DNA from: Spirochaetia bacterium
GTDB taxonomy: Bacteria > Spirochaetota > Spirochaetia > UBA9216
DNA length: 64,000 bases
NCBI GenBank assembly: GCA_963677925.2
Contig: CAXXYH010000004.1
Span: 704,001-768,000, forward strand
Reading direction: 5' to 3'
Shown here: piece after piece, positions 1 through 8,543 of the stretch
Numbering within the stretch: position 1 is the first letter of the stretch
How the letters are laid out: every line of letters starts with the position of its first letter
The notes under the pieces: model-generated
Told to the model about the DNA's origin: nothing
Databases searched by the model: none
Seen by the model: only the letters and a program-made list of their open reading frames with translations
Program-made: the position numbers and the translations under genes

Positions 1-261
1 AATCTGTTCTACAACACAGCTTTTCATATGTGCTTCAAGCAGCGACATCTTCACACCGTTAATTGCTGACTGTACAGCCATGAATTGGTGAAGAATATCG
101 TCACAGTAGACGTCTTTTTCAATCATTCCGGAAATACCGCGGATCTGCCCTTCAATTTTTTTCATCCGTGTAATCATATTCGCTTTCTGCTCATATGAGT
201 GATGAGCCTTTCTGGTTCCGCCTGTATTTTCAGCAAGGATATGGCAGCTATTTTCGTTCAT
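1..261 (-). CDS. csoR: CsoR/RcnR-family metal-sensing transcriptional repressor (3' end runs off the window; not in the ORF track)
   Basis: Manual translation from ATG 261: MNENSCHILAENTGGTRKAHHSYEQKANMITRMKKIEGQIRGISGMIEKDVYCDDILHQFMAVQSAINGVKMSLLEAHMKSCVVEQI. It has the RxxxIEGQIRGI motif and Cu(I) ligands C (YCDD) and HxxxC. Confidence 0.9.
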   Translation of the reverse strand, partial: MNENSCHILAENTGGTRKAHHSYEQKANMITRMKKIEGQIRGISGMIEKDVYCDDILHQFMAVQSAINGVKMSLLEAHMKSCVVEQI

Positions 262-388
262 ATTTATTCTCCCTGTTCAGATCGCAGCAGTCTAGTCGTC
301 CTTTTCCATAAAGATCTTCATTAACCTTTGCGAGTCTGTCCAGATAATTTTTCCACTTTCTGCTGATGGAATTAAGTACTCTCTTCAT
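248..388 (-). CDS. Small LDCC-motif putative metal-binding peptide, 46 aa (not in the ORF track)
   Basis: MKRVLNSISRKWKNYLDRLAKVNEDLYGKGRLDCCDLNRENKYERK; GGAGG RBS at 400-396; the 3' end overlaps the csoR start. Confidence 0.75.
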   Translation of the reverse strand: MKRVLNSISRKWKNYLDRLAKVNEDLYGKGRLDCCDLNRENKYERK

Positions 389-402
389 TTCCATACCTCC
401 AG

Positions 403-419
403 ATACCCCCAGGGGGTAT
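403..419. promoter_or_regulatory. CsoR operator
   Basis: Perfect palindrome ATACCCCC-A-GGGGGTAT with the C/G-tract form typical of CsoR boxes, lying between the promoter and the RBS. Confidence 0.85.
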
Positions 420-425
420 GTTTAT

Positions 426-454
426 AAGCTAATAAACATTACTTAAATTGTCAA
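426..454 (-). promoter_or_regulatory. Sigma70-type promoter of the LDCC-csoR operon
   Basis: TTGACA (454-449), 17 nt spacer, TAGCTT (431-426). Confidence 0.65.
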
Positions 455-455
455 G

Positions 456-2480
456 TTAAGAATTGGAGGGAAGAGGAATGATTAATGTAAATTCTGATCC
501 TTCAGCATTACTGTAAGTAAGTTCTGCGTTTATCTGAGTTGTAAGTTCATCAACGAGCTGAAGACCAAGAGAGGAATCCCGGCTGCTGCTGAAATCAAAA
601 CCGCGGCCGTTGTCATCTACTGTGAGTTTGATCTCATCCGGATTTAATCTAATGCAATTTACTGATATCTGCTTTTCATTTTTCATAATAAAAGCATATT
701 TAATACTGTTGGAAATCAGTTCGTTTAGAATCAGGCCGAGTGTAACCGCGAGATCTATTGTTACTGACTCCCGGCAGCAGTCGACTGAAAACTTCAGATC
801 CTTTACAGTTTCATCCGACAGGATTGAAATAAGAGAGGTTATGTATTCGCTGAGATCTATGTTGGATAAAGCTGTAGTCTCATACAGCTGTTCATGTGCG
901 GTAGCCATGGCCAGAATCCGGTTCTGACTTTTTAATAGGGCATCCAGGGCTTTGGGATCTGTAATTCCCGGAATCTGGAGATTAAGCAGACTGGATATTA
1001 TCTGCAGATTATTTTTTACTCTATGATGAACTTCCTGAAGCAGAGTATTTTTTTCCGTAAGTGATTTTTTCAGCTGAAGTTCGGTGTTTTTCCTTGTTGT
1101 AATATCCCGGAAGATGCTCAGCAAAGTAGTTTTTCCCATCAGTTCAATACCGGCGGAATTAATTTCATAGTATTTTGAGCCCCCGGCCAGAACGATTTCG
1201 CTCTCAAATTTGCCTGGTGTATTATTTTTAATGAATTCGGGATTCAACATTTCAGGAGTTTTCAGCAGCAGATTCTGCTCGATTTTTGCTGCCATGTTTG
1301 TCCGGAAAATCCGCCCCCTTGTATCGTGCACAAAGATCATATCAGGAATATTTTCAAACAGTGTTTTAAACAGCTTCTCATTCTTTTTTCTGAAGTAGAA
1401 ATTGAATGCGAGAAGGATGACAAGTATTGAAAGCACAATTATTACCGAAGTGATAAACCAGAATAAGCCTGGAGAGTTATGGTAAAGAGTATCAGGTTTA
1501 TTCAGTATCACGCTGTTCAGGGGTATATCATAAGAGCTGATTCCGTATTTCCTCATTATCTCATAATCAAAATACGGATATACATCCTTATTCCTGGAGA
1601 TTGGAATACTGTCGGCTGGATTTCCGTTGAGAATCTGTATTGCCGCTTCCGCCAGCCATGTACCCTGCTGTTCAGATTTAACAACTATTCCTCCTAATGT
1701 TCCGTCAGTAATTGTAAAATCATATATTGCAAAAACCGGCCCGGCTGCTGCTTTTACTATTACCGGAATAATTACGGAAGGATCGAAGGTTCTGTCATTT
1801 CCGTCTCTCCAGAAACTGATATGAAGTACTGCGCTTTTCCTGGGGAGACTCTTAAGGTCGTCAATTAACTGTTCAAGCGGGATGTTGAATAATTCAATAA
1901 ACTGCAAATCTGTAGAAAACGGGCTTGATTCTGATCTTAGTTCTATAAGATCGGATACTGCAGAAGGTGTTGAATCAGATATTATCGCAATGGTTTCCAC
2001 CTCAGGAAACAGTTTTTCAATAAGCTCAATATTACTGGTGAAATCTGAAACTTCAGCCACTCCAGTGATATTTATTTCCTTATCAAGTTCATATAGATCA
2101 ATATTATTGATACCGGCAAATACGCAGGGTACACCTGGGAATAACTCATCCCTGTATTTCAGCAGAAACCTCAGGGCATTATCATCAGTACAAAGTATGA
2201 CTTCAAATTGATGGCCAAGATATTTTCTTTTTATGTATTCAAGGAAAATCGATTCCATTTTTTCAGGTCTGTTTCTTTTTGTGTCATAATATTCTTTGTC
2301 TATCGAAATGAATGGATAATCCTGCCTCAACCGCCTGGTAATGGTTCGATCGATAGCCTCTGTCCATGGAAAATCAGGGTGATAAGAATGAATCAGAAGA
2401 ACCTTTGGCGGCTCTGCCTGTGCATAAACACATAGAACTGTACAAATGATTAGCAGGCAGAAGCTGACAGTTTTTCTCAT
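456..2480 (-). CDS. Sensor histidine kinase (ABC-substrate-binding-like periplasmic sensor, PAS, HisKA_2/HATPase)
   Basis: Signal/TM segment, LLIHSYH periplasmic domain, TM, PAS (FENIPDMIFVHD), EVHHRVKNNLQ H-box, NELISNSIKYA, DDNGRG. Probable start is MRKTV at 2480; the ORF track extends to 2537. Confidence 0.85.
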   Translation of the reverse strand: MRKTVSFCLLIICTVLCVYAQAEPPKVLLIHSYHPDFPWTEAIDRTITRRLRQDYPFISIDKEYYDTKRNRPEKMESIFLEYIKRKYLGHQFEVILCTDDNALRFLLKYRDELFPGVPCVFAGINNIDLYELDKEINITGVAEVSDFTSNIELIEKLFPEVETIAIISDSTPSAVSDLIELRSESSPFSTDLQFIELFNIPLEQLIDDLKSLPRKSAVLHISFWRDGNDRTFDPSVIIPVIVKAAAGPVFAIYDFTITDGTLGGIVVKSEQQGTWLAEAAIQILNGNPADSIPISRNKDVYPYFDYEIMRKYGISSYDIPLNSVILNKPDTLYHNSPGLFWFITSVIIVLSILVILLAFNFYFRKKNEKLFKTLFENIPDMIFVHDTRGRIFRTNMAAKIEQNLLLKTPEMLNPEFIKNNTPGKFESEIVLAGGSKYYEINSAGIELMGKTTLLSIFRDITTRKNTELQLKKSLTEKNTLLQEVHHRVKNNLQIISSLLNLQIPGITDPKALDALLKSQNRILAMATAHEQLYETTALSNIDLSEYITSLISILSDETVKDLKFSVDCCRESVTIDLAVTLGLILNELISNSIKYAFIMKNEKQISVNCIRLNPDEIKLTVDDNGRGFDFSSSRDSSLGLQLVDELTTQINAELTYSNAEGSEFTLIIPLPSNS

Positions 2481-2663
2481 AGTTACATTATAGAATTCCT
2501 CAGAAGCTATCGCCAGTAAACTGTGATATAATTTCAATCATGAAAATAAAGTCTATTATTCTCATGCTTATTCTGATAGCCTGTTCGCTATCTTTGTACG
2601 GAAATCCGGCATGGCCTGGCCTTGCTGCGGTTTATACTACTAAATATTAAAAAGTGAGTTGTT

Positions 2664-5600
2664 ATGAAAAAAATCATTCTTTTAATCATTATCTCAATTC
2701 TGGTCTTTTCGTGCAGTGAAAAAGCCGAACAAACGGCTGTACAGGCTGATGCAGAAACAGTAGAGCTTTCAGGGTTTGATGGTACGGCTGTCGGCCGTGA
2801 TATGTCCAAACTGGTTGGCGGTCCGTCAAAAGAAGTATCGGATGAAGGCTACACCAGAGAAGGTTTTGATTTGTCGGCGACAACAGTAAACTACTTTTCT
2901 GCAGATGCGCTGGATACTGCTGATTTTGTTATCGAAGATGATGGCCGGAGCTTTGAAATTACCGATTTCGGACCGGATGGTCAGCTTCCCCGTGAGAACA
3001 GAAAACCGGTCATCTATGTAACTTTTTCACATGCTATGGTGCCGGTTGGAAAACTGGGAGCGCCGCTTTCTGTGTTTGAGGGCCTATCAATTTCTCCCGA
3101 ACTGAAAGGAACCTATCACTGGTACGGTACACGGACTCTTAGCTTTGAACCTGATGAGCTTCTGCAGAGCCAGCAGGAGTACACGGTTACAGTCAGCAGT
3201 GACCTGCAGTCTCTCGGAAAGAAGTCGCTTGCAGTAGATTTCAGCTTCAGTTTTAAGACTGAGCCCCTGGACATTGCCGGGATGCGGCCCGGTACCTATG
3301 ACAGGGTATGGGATGATTTTTATAATGTTCCCCCTGAATTTTCTCAGCATATTCTGCTTTCATTTACTGAACCGGTAGATCCAGTTTATATAAAATCTTT
3401 CATAAAAATCAGATCCGGACAAAAGGATTTTTCATTCAGGGTTTCAAGACCGGAAAGTGAAGAGCAGGAGCTTGATGAAAATTATATTTCAAGAACTCTT
3501 CAGCTGGAGCTCGATGAGGCTCCTCCCTTTGATTCGGATATTAATGTTGTGCTTGAAGCGGGCGCCGCCTCGGCTGAAGGAAAAAACGGCAGGCCGGGGG
3601 CCGTTTTCAGAAAATATCATACCCTCAAGCCTTTCAGGTTTGTGTCGGAGAGCACTTATTCATACGCCTTTCCCCGAAGCCGTACCGGCACAATTAACCC
3701 TGTTTTTATTGAAATGTCCCAGCCTGTAAACAGTGCCGGTGCAATTGATTTAATAAGTACGTCATTTGGAGTAATTGAAGACTGGGCTGACAAGGTGGAA
3801 ATCTGGGAAAATATAATCAGGATAAACGATCTGCCCGTTGAGTACGGCAAAAATTACGAAGTAGTTCTTAAAGCCGGGCTCTCAGATATCTATGGTCAGG
3901 AGCTTCAAACAGACAGGGCTGTAGAAATCTATGTGCCGGAAGCCTCGCCCTATGCCTATTTCCCGGGCGGCAGTGTTTACCGCGATACCGACTACAACTT
4001 CAGAATGCTTGAATCACAGTTTGCCCCTAAGGTGATCTATGAGTATCAGAATATTTCCGAGGGGCAGATGGCTGTTAACCCGGTTTCAAACCTCTACAGC
4101 AATATAAGAACTGATCTGACTCCGGTTGATTTTGCCGACAGCCTAAAAAATGAGGCTAATTACAAAATCCTTGATCTTAGCCCCTGGCTGAATGAAGACG
4201 GTTTTGGTTCGGTGCAGCTGAACTGGAACTTTGTTAATCCCAGCACAAGCCGCTACAAGAATGATTACAGGCAGAACCTCGTAGTTCAGGTTACCGATCT
4301 CGGTGTAACCGTAAGATACGCATATAATACCATTCTTGTCTGGGTTAACAGTCTTACAGACGGAGAGCCGGTTGCCGCTGCCGATGTTTCAATAAAAGTC
4401 GGCGGAAGTGATAAAACAATGCTGACTGATGCTGACGGCCTCGCTGTTTTTAAACTTACCGGTTATGAAAACAAGAATGTCTACAGCAGCCGCTATCATT
4501 CACGGTTCAGCAATCCTCTTACAGTTACGGTTAACGGAGATCGGGCTGATTTCCTGCCGTCCGGAACCCACAGCGCCTGGCATTTCGGTGTGTATTCAGG
4601 TGCCGGACCCTGGGCCGGTAACGACCCCGAGCCGGTTACCTTCTTTTTTACAGATCGCGGGCTCTACAGGCCGGGTGAAACCCTGACGTTCCGGGGAATA
4701 GACCGTGATATCAGGCTCGGCGATTTCGAATCCTACACCGGCGATTTTCAGCTTAATGCAAAAAAGCAGGAATGGCGGGCTAAACCCTTTAACGAAATAA
4801 CCGGTTCAACAACAACTGAAGGCGGATTCTACGGAAAGATAGACCTGCCTGAGGATCTTGAGCCCGGAACCTATCAGCTGGCCTACAAGAGATCAGGCGG
4901 TACAGGAGAGACAAGGCTTACCTTTGAAATAGCTAACTTCCGCAGACTCAATTTCGAGGTCAGCTCAAAGGTTCCACAGCGGCTGTTTATTCAGGGTGAT
5001 ACAGTTTCTGTTCCTGTTAAGGCCTCCTACCTGGCCGGCGGCGCAATGGCTAATGCTGATTACAGCTACTTCTGGACCCGGCAGCCGGCATGGTTTCATC
5101 CGGAAGGCGAAAAATACAGCGACTGGGTTTTCGGTCCCGATCATTCAGGGGGAACTCAGAATCTTACTCATAAAGCCGGAAAACTTAATGCCTCCGGAGA
5201 AGTCCGTGCAGAACAGGAAACCGGCGATGAAACCATCGAAGGCCAGCCTTTCAGGTATGTACTTGAGACGAAAGTTGAAGATATCGACCGCCAGGAGGTT
5301 TCAAGCAGGGCTTCGGTTCTGGTTCATCCGGGCAGTTACTATATCGGAGCAAGACTGACCTCCGGCAGCAAGGGCTGGTGGTCGCGTTTTGTCGCTGAAG
5401 ATACCGAGCAGACCGCCGAGTTTATTCTTGTAGACCCGGAAGGCGGTGAGGTTTCAGCAGAGGCCGAGATTATAGTGGAGCTTATTCAGAGGTCCTGGGT
5501 TACGGCTCAGCAGCAGGGAGTCTACGGACGAATAAATACCCGCTATACCCTGGTTGAGAAAGTTGTTGATACACAGACTGTAAAGCACAGCGGGGGAACA

Positions 5601-8537
5601 TCAACTGTTAAATTTAAGCCGACAGAGGCCGGCTCCTATATTCTCCGCTCGAAGGCCCTTGATGAAGAGGGCAGGACGATAGTCACTGATTTGAGGCTAT
5701 ATGCAACCGGTGCTTCCTGGATAAAGTGGGCTAACTCCGGAGCCGATGATATAAATCTTATTGTTGATAAATCACTGTACAGCGTCGGCGAAACAGCGAG
5801 AATCCTTGTGCAGTCTCCGCTCCCTGACGGAAAGTATCTGATGACTGTAGAGCGCGAGGGAATATTCGAAGAAAAGATTATTAGCTTCGAAGGTTCAACC
5901 GGTGTTATTGAGCTTCCGATAACTGAAGATCATGTGCCGGTAATCTATGTTGCCATCTGTTCACAGCAGGAAAGAACCTCAACTGCAGAATCCTACTTTG
6001 ATCCGGATTTGGGCAAACCCAAGGGCTACTTTGGAATTACTGCAGTCAATGTTTCCACAGCTACCAGAGAGCTGGATATTGAGGTGATTCCCGATAAAAA
6101 GATACACAGGCCCGGTGAGCAGATGGAGGTAGTGCTGAAGGTTACAAAGGACGGAAAGCCTGTCGCCGATTCAGAGATGATTTTTCTGGCTGTGGACAGG
6201 GGCGTTCTTGATCTTATCAACTACCATGTTCCTAATCCCCTGACACATTTTTATGACCCTGATAATTTCAGATTTGCAGTAGCGGGCGATGATTCACGCA
6301 GACTCCTTCTGGATCCGGTGACTTACGATGTTTCGGAACTTCAGGGGGGGGATGGCGATAAACTCAACCGTCGTGAGGATTTTGTTCCTCTTGCTGTCTT
6401 TGAACCCTTTCTGAAGACCGATTCAAAGGGTGAGGCTCATGTCAGTTTTGAGCTTCCCGATACACTTACAACCTACAGAGCAACTGCCATCGCCCTTGAA
6501 AATGCAGATATCGGCTTCTCGGAATCGGAATTTCTGGTACAGAATCCTATAAATGTCAGAACCGCCCTGCCGCGGAAACTCCGGTACCGGGATACTACGA
6601 TAGGCGGTCTGATTCTTCAGAATCTTGATTCCGAATCTCATAAAATGACAGTTTCTATAAAAGCCGACGGAATCTCGATTGGTGATTCTGAGAAGAAATC
6701 TGTAACTGTCCCGGCTGAATCATCATATGAAATGACCTGGCTCCTGATGGCTGAACAGACAGGAACAGCTGAACTTGTATTTACTGTAAACTCCGATGTT
6801 CTTAATGAAGAGCTTGTGCAGAAGCTTGAAATAGAGACTCCCCTTGTTAAAGAGGCGTTTACGACAATCGGAAGCACCGACACCTTCTTTGAGGAAGCGC
6901 TTGTTCTTCCTTCCGCCGTACAGCAGGATTTCGGGAGCCTTTCCTTTCAGCTTGATTCAACCAGAATGCCGCTTATACGCGAACCTCTCAGTCTTCTTGC
7001 CGACTACAGGCTGTCCGGAACCTCTTTCCTTCTTCCATACGGCTACAGGGCTCTGCCCGGGCTTCTCTTCGGCGATGCTGCTTCAAAGATGCTCCCTGAA
7101 TCAGCAATAGATCCCGAGGGCCGCGCAAAAGTGTATTTTACACGGGCAGCCAATTACCAGTGGTCGGACGGCGGAATACGAATGACCTCCGGCGGAATAT
7201 CAAGTTCTCCGAGAGCCTCGGTTCAGGCGGCAGGACTGCTGAATATTGCAAAGACAAAGGGCTATACTTCTGTGATTCCTGAAAATCTGGACCAGGGTAA
7301 ATTATATAAATACCTTTCGGATCTGGCGAAAAATGAAAAGATACCGCTTTATTTCAGAACACGGGCAGCTGCAGAGCTTGCTGAGGCAGGCCGTCCTGTA
7401 CCTGAAACTGTACGGGCTCTAGAAGGCTATGAAGACAGCCTCGGACTCTCGGGTTACGGATACCTGGCAATTGCCGAACTTGCACAGGGCAGCAGGACAA
7501 AGGCTGAAGAAATCTGGGGAAGGATGAAGAACTTTCTTGCGATAAGCACCCAGAGCGTAGATCTTGAAGAAACTTATGAGGCTGCCGGATATTTTGATTC
7601 GGAGATAGAACAGCTGTCTCTTATACTTAAGGTTGCGGTACTGATGGATGAGTCCGATGATATGGTAAGCCGCCTTTCTGAAAGCATCGGAAGAAGGATC
7701 CAGGCTGCAAGATGGTTAAGCTATCCGGACTGCGAAGCTGCCGCAGCAGCCTTCGGTACAGCCTTTAAGGATGAGAGCGGTGAAGATACCGATTTTACCG
7801 CTTCAATTAAAATCTCTGAAACAGCTGTTGCTTCTGAATCCTTTGAAGGAATTTCTGAAAATCCCTTTGTTAAGGAACTCTCTCTGAATGGACCTGAACT
7901 TGGAGTCCTGGAAAAAAATAAACCCTATATAATGCGATTTGAGAAGGACGGAAAGGGTAAGCTTTATTACACGTCAACGATAGAGTATGCGCTGCCCTCT
8001 GAAATTGTACAGCCGAGGGATGAAGGATTGTCTGTCTACACGGTCATTGAAACTCTGGATGGTGAAGAAGTTTCTGCTGATAATATTGTGCTGGGTGAAA
8101 CATACCGCTGCAGGGCCTTCATCAGCTCTGATCGTGACCGCAGTTTTCTTACTCTGTCGGTTCCTGTTCCATCAGGAGCAGATATAATTGATTCAACATT
8201 CGTGACAAGCTCAAGCTATGCCGATGAAGGCGGCGTTAACTCGGAAGAATGGACACGGGAAACGGTATACGGTGATAAGCAGAGTTTTATCGCAGAAGGC
8301 ACAATCAACTTTGAATACGGCGGATGGTGGATGCACTACTACCGCCCGGAGATGCTTGTTTACGATAATGAGATGATCTACCAATGGGAGTACTTTTATA
8401 AGGGAGAACGCCGGGTCTCTTTTCTGTTCAAGGCAACAACTCCGGGTCTGTACCCTGTACCGCCGGCTCAGGCCTCTCTGATGCTTGAACCTGAGGTTTT
8501 CGGACGAACCGGCGGCGGTCTGTTTGTGATACAGTAA
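2664..8537 (+). CDS. Bacterial alpha-2-macroglobulin family lipoprotein (no thioester motif)
   Basis: Lipobox LVFSC; FTDRGLYRPGE (MG2); LAVDRGVL; LPDTLTTYRATA; C-terminal ATTPGLYPVPPAQASLMLEPEVFGR; adjacent to pbpC. Confidence 0.92.
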   Translation: MKKIILLIIISILVFSCSEKAEQTAVQADAETVELSGFDGTAVGRDMSKLVGGPSKEVSDEGYTREGFDLSATTVNYFSADALDTADFVIEDDGRSFEITDFGPDGQLPRENRKPVIYVTFSHAMVPVGKLGAPLSVFEGLSISPELKGTYHWYGTRTLSFEPDELLQSQQEYTVTVSSDLQSLGKKSLAVDFSFSFKTEPLDIAGMRPGTYDRVWDDFYNVPPEFSQHILLSFTEPVDPVYIKSFIKIRSGQKDFSFRVSRPESEEQELDENYISRTLQLELDEAPPFDSDINVVLEAGAASAEGKNGRPGAVFRKYHTLKPFRFVSESTYSYAFPRSRTGTINPVFIEMSQPVNSAGAIDLISTSFGVIEDWADKVEIWENIIRINDLPVEYGKNYEVVLKAGLSDIYGQELQTDRAVEIYVPEASPYAYFPGGSVYRDTDYNFRMLESQFAPKVIYEYQNISEGQMAVNPVSNLYSNIRTDLTPVDFADSLKNEANYKILDLSPWLNEDGFGSVQLNWNFVNPSTSRYKNDYRQNLVVQVTDLGVTVRYAYNTILVWVNSLTDGEPVAAADVSIKVGGSDKTMLTDADGLAVFKLTGYENKNVYSSRYHSRFSNPLTVTVNGDRADFLPSGTHSAWHFGVYSGAGPWAGNDPEPVTFFFTDRGLYRPGETLTFRGIDRDIRLGDFESYTGDFQLNAKKQEWRAKPFNEITGSTTTEGGFYGKIDLPEDLEPGTYQLAYKRSGGTGETRLTFEIANFRRLNFEVSSKVPQRLFIQGDTVSVPVKASYLAGGAMANADYSYFWTRQPAWFHPEGEKYSDWVFGPDHSGGTQNLTHKAGKLNASGEVRAEQETGDETIEGQPFRYVLETKVEDIDRQEVSSRASVLVHPGSYYIGARLTSGSKGWWSRFVAEDTEQTAEFILVDPEGGEVSAEAEIIVELIQRSWVTAQQQGVYGRINTRYTLVEKVVDTQTVKHSGGTSTVKFKPTEAGSYILRSKALDEEGRTIVTDLRLYATGASWIKWANSGADDINLIVDKSLYSVGETARILVQSPLPDGKYLMTVEREGIFEEKIISFEGSTGVIELPITEDHVPVIYVAICSQQERTSTAESYFDPDLGKPKGYFGITAVNVSTATRELDIEVIPDKKIHRPGEQMEVVLKVTKDGKPVADSEMIFLAVDRGVLDLINYHVPNPLTHFYDPDNFRFAVAGDDSRRLLLDPVTYDVSELQGGDGDKLNRREDFVPLAVFEPFLKTDSKGEAHVSFELPDTLTTYRATAIALENADIGFSESEFLVQNPINVRTALPRKLRYRDTTIGGLILQNLDSESHKMTVSIKADGISIGDSEKKSVTVPAESSYEMTWLLMAEQTGTAELVFTVNSDVLNEELVQKLEIETPLVKEAFTTIGSTDTFFEEALVLPSAVQQDFGSLSFQLDSTRMPLIREPLSLLADYRLSGTSFLLPYGYRALPGLLFGDAASKMLPESAIDPEGRAKVYFTRAANYQWSDGGIRMTSGGISSSPRASVQAAGLLNIAKTKGYTSVIPENLDQGKLYKYLSDLAKNEKIPLYFRTRAAAELAEAGRPVPETVRALEGYEDSLGLSGYGYLAIAELAQGSRTKAEEIWGRMKNFLAISTQSVDLEETYEAAGYFDSEIEQLSLILKVAVLMDESDDMVSRLSESIGRRIQAARWLSYPDCEAAAAAFGTAFKDESGEDTDFTASIKISETAVASESFEGISENPFVKELSLNGPELGVLEKNKPYIMRFEKDGKGKLYYTSTIEYALPSEIVQPRDEGLSVYTVIETLDGEEVSADNIVLGETYRCRAFISSDRDRSFLTLSVPVPSGADIIDSTFVTSSSYADEGGVNSEEWTRETVYGDKQSFIAEGTINFEYGGWWMHYYRPEMLVYDNEMIYQWEYFYKGERRVSFLFKATTPGLYPVPPAQASLMLEPEVFGRTGGGLFVIQ

Positions 8538-8543
8538 GGATCC

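Noticed and set aside
7720-7745. PDCEAA in the macroglobulin as an alternative thioester site
   Set aside because: It lacks the CxEQ spacing and Gln, and lies far downstream of the expected position.
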